38,431 nucleotides of DNA from a virus. This document shows, in pieces, positions 37,801-38,431 of this stretch. The position numbers and the translations under genes were made by a program. Position 1 is the stretch's first letter. Each line of letters starts with the position of its first letter. The notes beneath the pieces were generated by a model. That model saw only the letters and a program-made list of their open reading frames with translations, was not told where the DNA came from and made no database searches. The stretch is from IMG/VR virus record IMGVR_UViG_3300045988_147738, positions 1 through 38,431 of that record. One strand, given 5' to 3'.

Positions 37801-38431
37801 AGCTAGTAAAAAATTAAATGATGCTTTTAAAAAGAATGCTATACAAGCAGTTTTAGCTGCAGGAGGAGTGGTTACTGAAACTACAGCGTTGCAAGCTGAA
37901 GCTATTGTAGCAGGAAAGGCGACGGTAACAACCAATGCTTTTTCTACAGCTTTAAAAGGTTTATGGTTAAATATTGCTCCAGTTTTAGCCACTATTTGGC
38001 CTTTAATTATAGCTTTAGGAGCTTTGGTAGCGGCTTGGGCGATATATAATAATGCTACTGGGGCAGCAGCTGAAAACGCGGAATAGAATAATAAAAATTT
38101 AGAAGAAACTAAAACTGCTTTAGATGATGTAAATAGTAGATTAAATACATTAAATAGTACTTTATCTGGTTTAAATGATAAACGTAAAAATATTGACAAT
38201 CTTACTTATGGAACTGTAGAATGGCGAGATGCTGTTAATGAGTTAAATGATGAAGTTGATGATTTAATTGAAAAATATGGTTTAATAAAAGGATAGGATT
38301 GGGATATTGATGCTCAAGGGCGTAAGTATATTACAGATACTGGCGCGGAGACTATGCGTACTTCAATGGATGAAGAACGTTCTAATTTATTATCAGCAAA
38401 AGCTGCTCAATAGAAATTTAAAGATAAATAT
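34883..38431 (+). CDS. tail tape-measure protein, partial (at least 1183 aa, runs off the window end), with about 33 in-frame TAG
   Basis: Track ORFs 35420, 35672, 37508 and 37868 are all in one frame (position mod 3 = 2). TP901-type tape-measure-like region ALGAATASSTDEIAAGLEKFAAVSNTVGLSYEYATSALA. Hydrophobic segment LAPVLATIWPLIIALGALVAAWAIY. No TAA or TGA across 3.5 kb. GAAAGGAG ribosome-binding site. Confidence 0.7.

Noticed and set aside
18090-38431. Reading the fragmented late ORFs as pseudogenes or a decayed prophage
   Set aside because: The interruptions are exclusively TAG and always in frame. There are about 90 of them, while TAA and TGA are absent from the same frames and conserved motifs span the TAGs. 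This is systematic recoding, not decay.

Overview
The window looks like a phage genome fragment with two very different halves. Positions 1-16,050 are about 50% GC and carry about 30 short minus-strand genes, almost every one with its own consensus sigma70-type promoter (TTGACA-N17-TATAAT), an AAGGAGG ribosome-binding site and a hairpin terminator. Recognisable early products are an HD phosphohydrolase, a GIY-YIG nuclease, a DEDDh 3'-5' exonuclease, a HAD-like hydrolase, a kinase-like protein and many small membrane proteins. This half contains a two-gene cassette present in two diverged copies and a tandem triplet of small paralogs. A promoter-plus-hairpin module recurs 9 times; it carries face-to-face promoters and a GC stem that covaries between copies. 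An 850-bp ORF-free region at 14,880-15,735 carries iterons, a perfect 24-bp palindrome and strand-asymmetric tracts, so it resembles a replication origin or packaging site. Positions 16,050-38,431 are about 30% GC and encode a structural module on the plus strand: a zinc-ribbon protein, a possible small terminase, the large terminase, a PD-(D/E)xK nuclease, portal, protease-scaffold, capsid proteins, head-tail proteins, a major tail protein, a chaperone and a tape-measure protein that runs off the window end. The supplied standard-code ORF track shatters this half because TAG is used here as a sense codon. Every late gene becomes one continuous frame when TAG is read through, and each then ends at TAA or TGA; there are about 90 in-frame TAGs in total. 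By analogy with known TAG-recoded phages the reassignment is probably to glutamine, but this is inferred. The GC-rich early half has no in-frame TAG and uses TAG as a stop only once, which fits the pattern of unrecoded early genes and recoded late genes. The only TAG-containing genes outside the late module are AT-rich: an HNH homing endonuclease inserted in the early region, an AbrB-like regulator, and an adjacent 108-aa gene (17013-17339). The most highly expressed structural genes (capsid proteins, major tail protein) contain no TAG at all. No suppressor tRNA or release-factor gene was found in this window. Coordinates obtained by hand-translation may be off by 1-2 nt.
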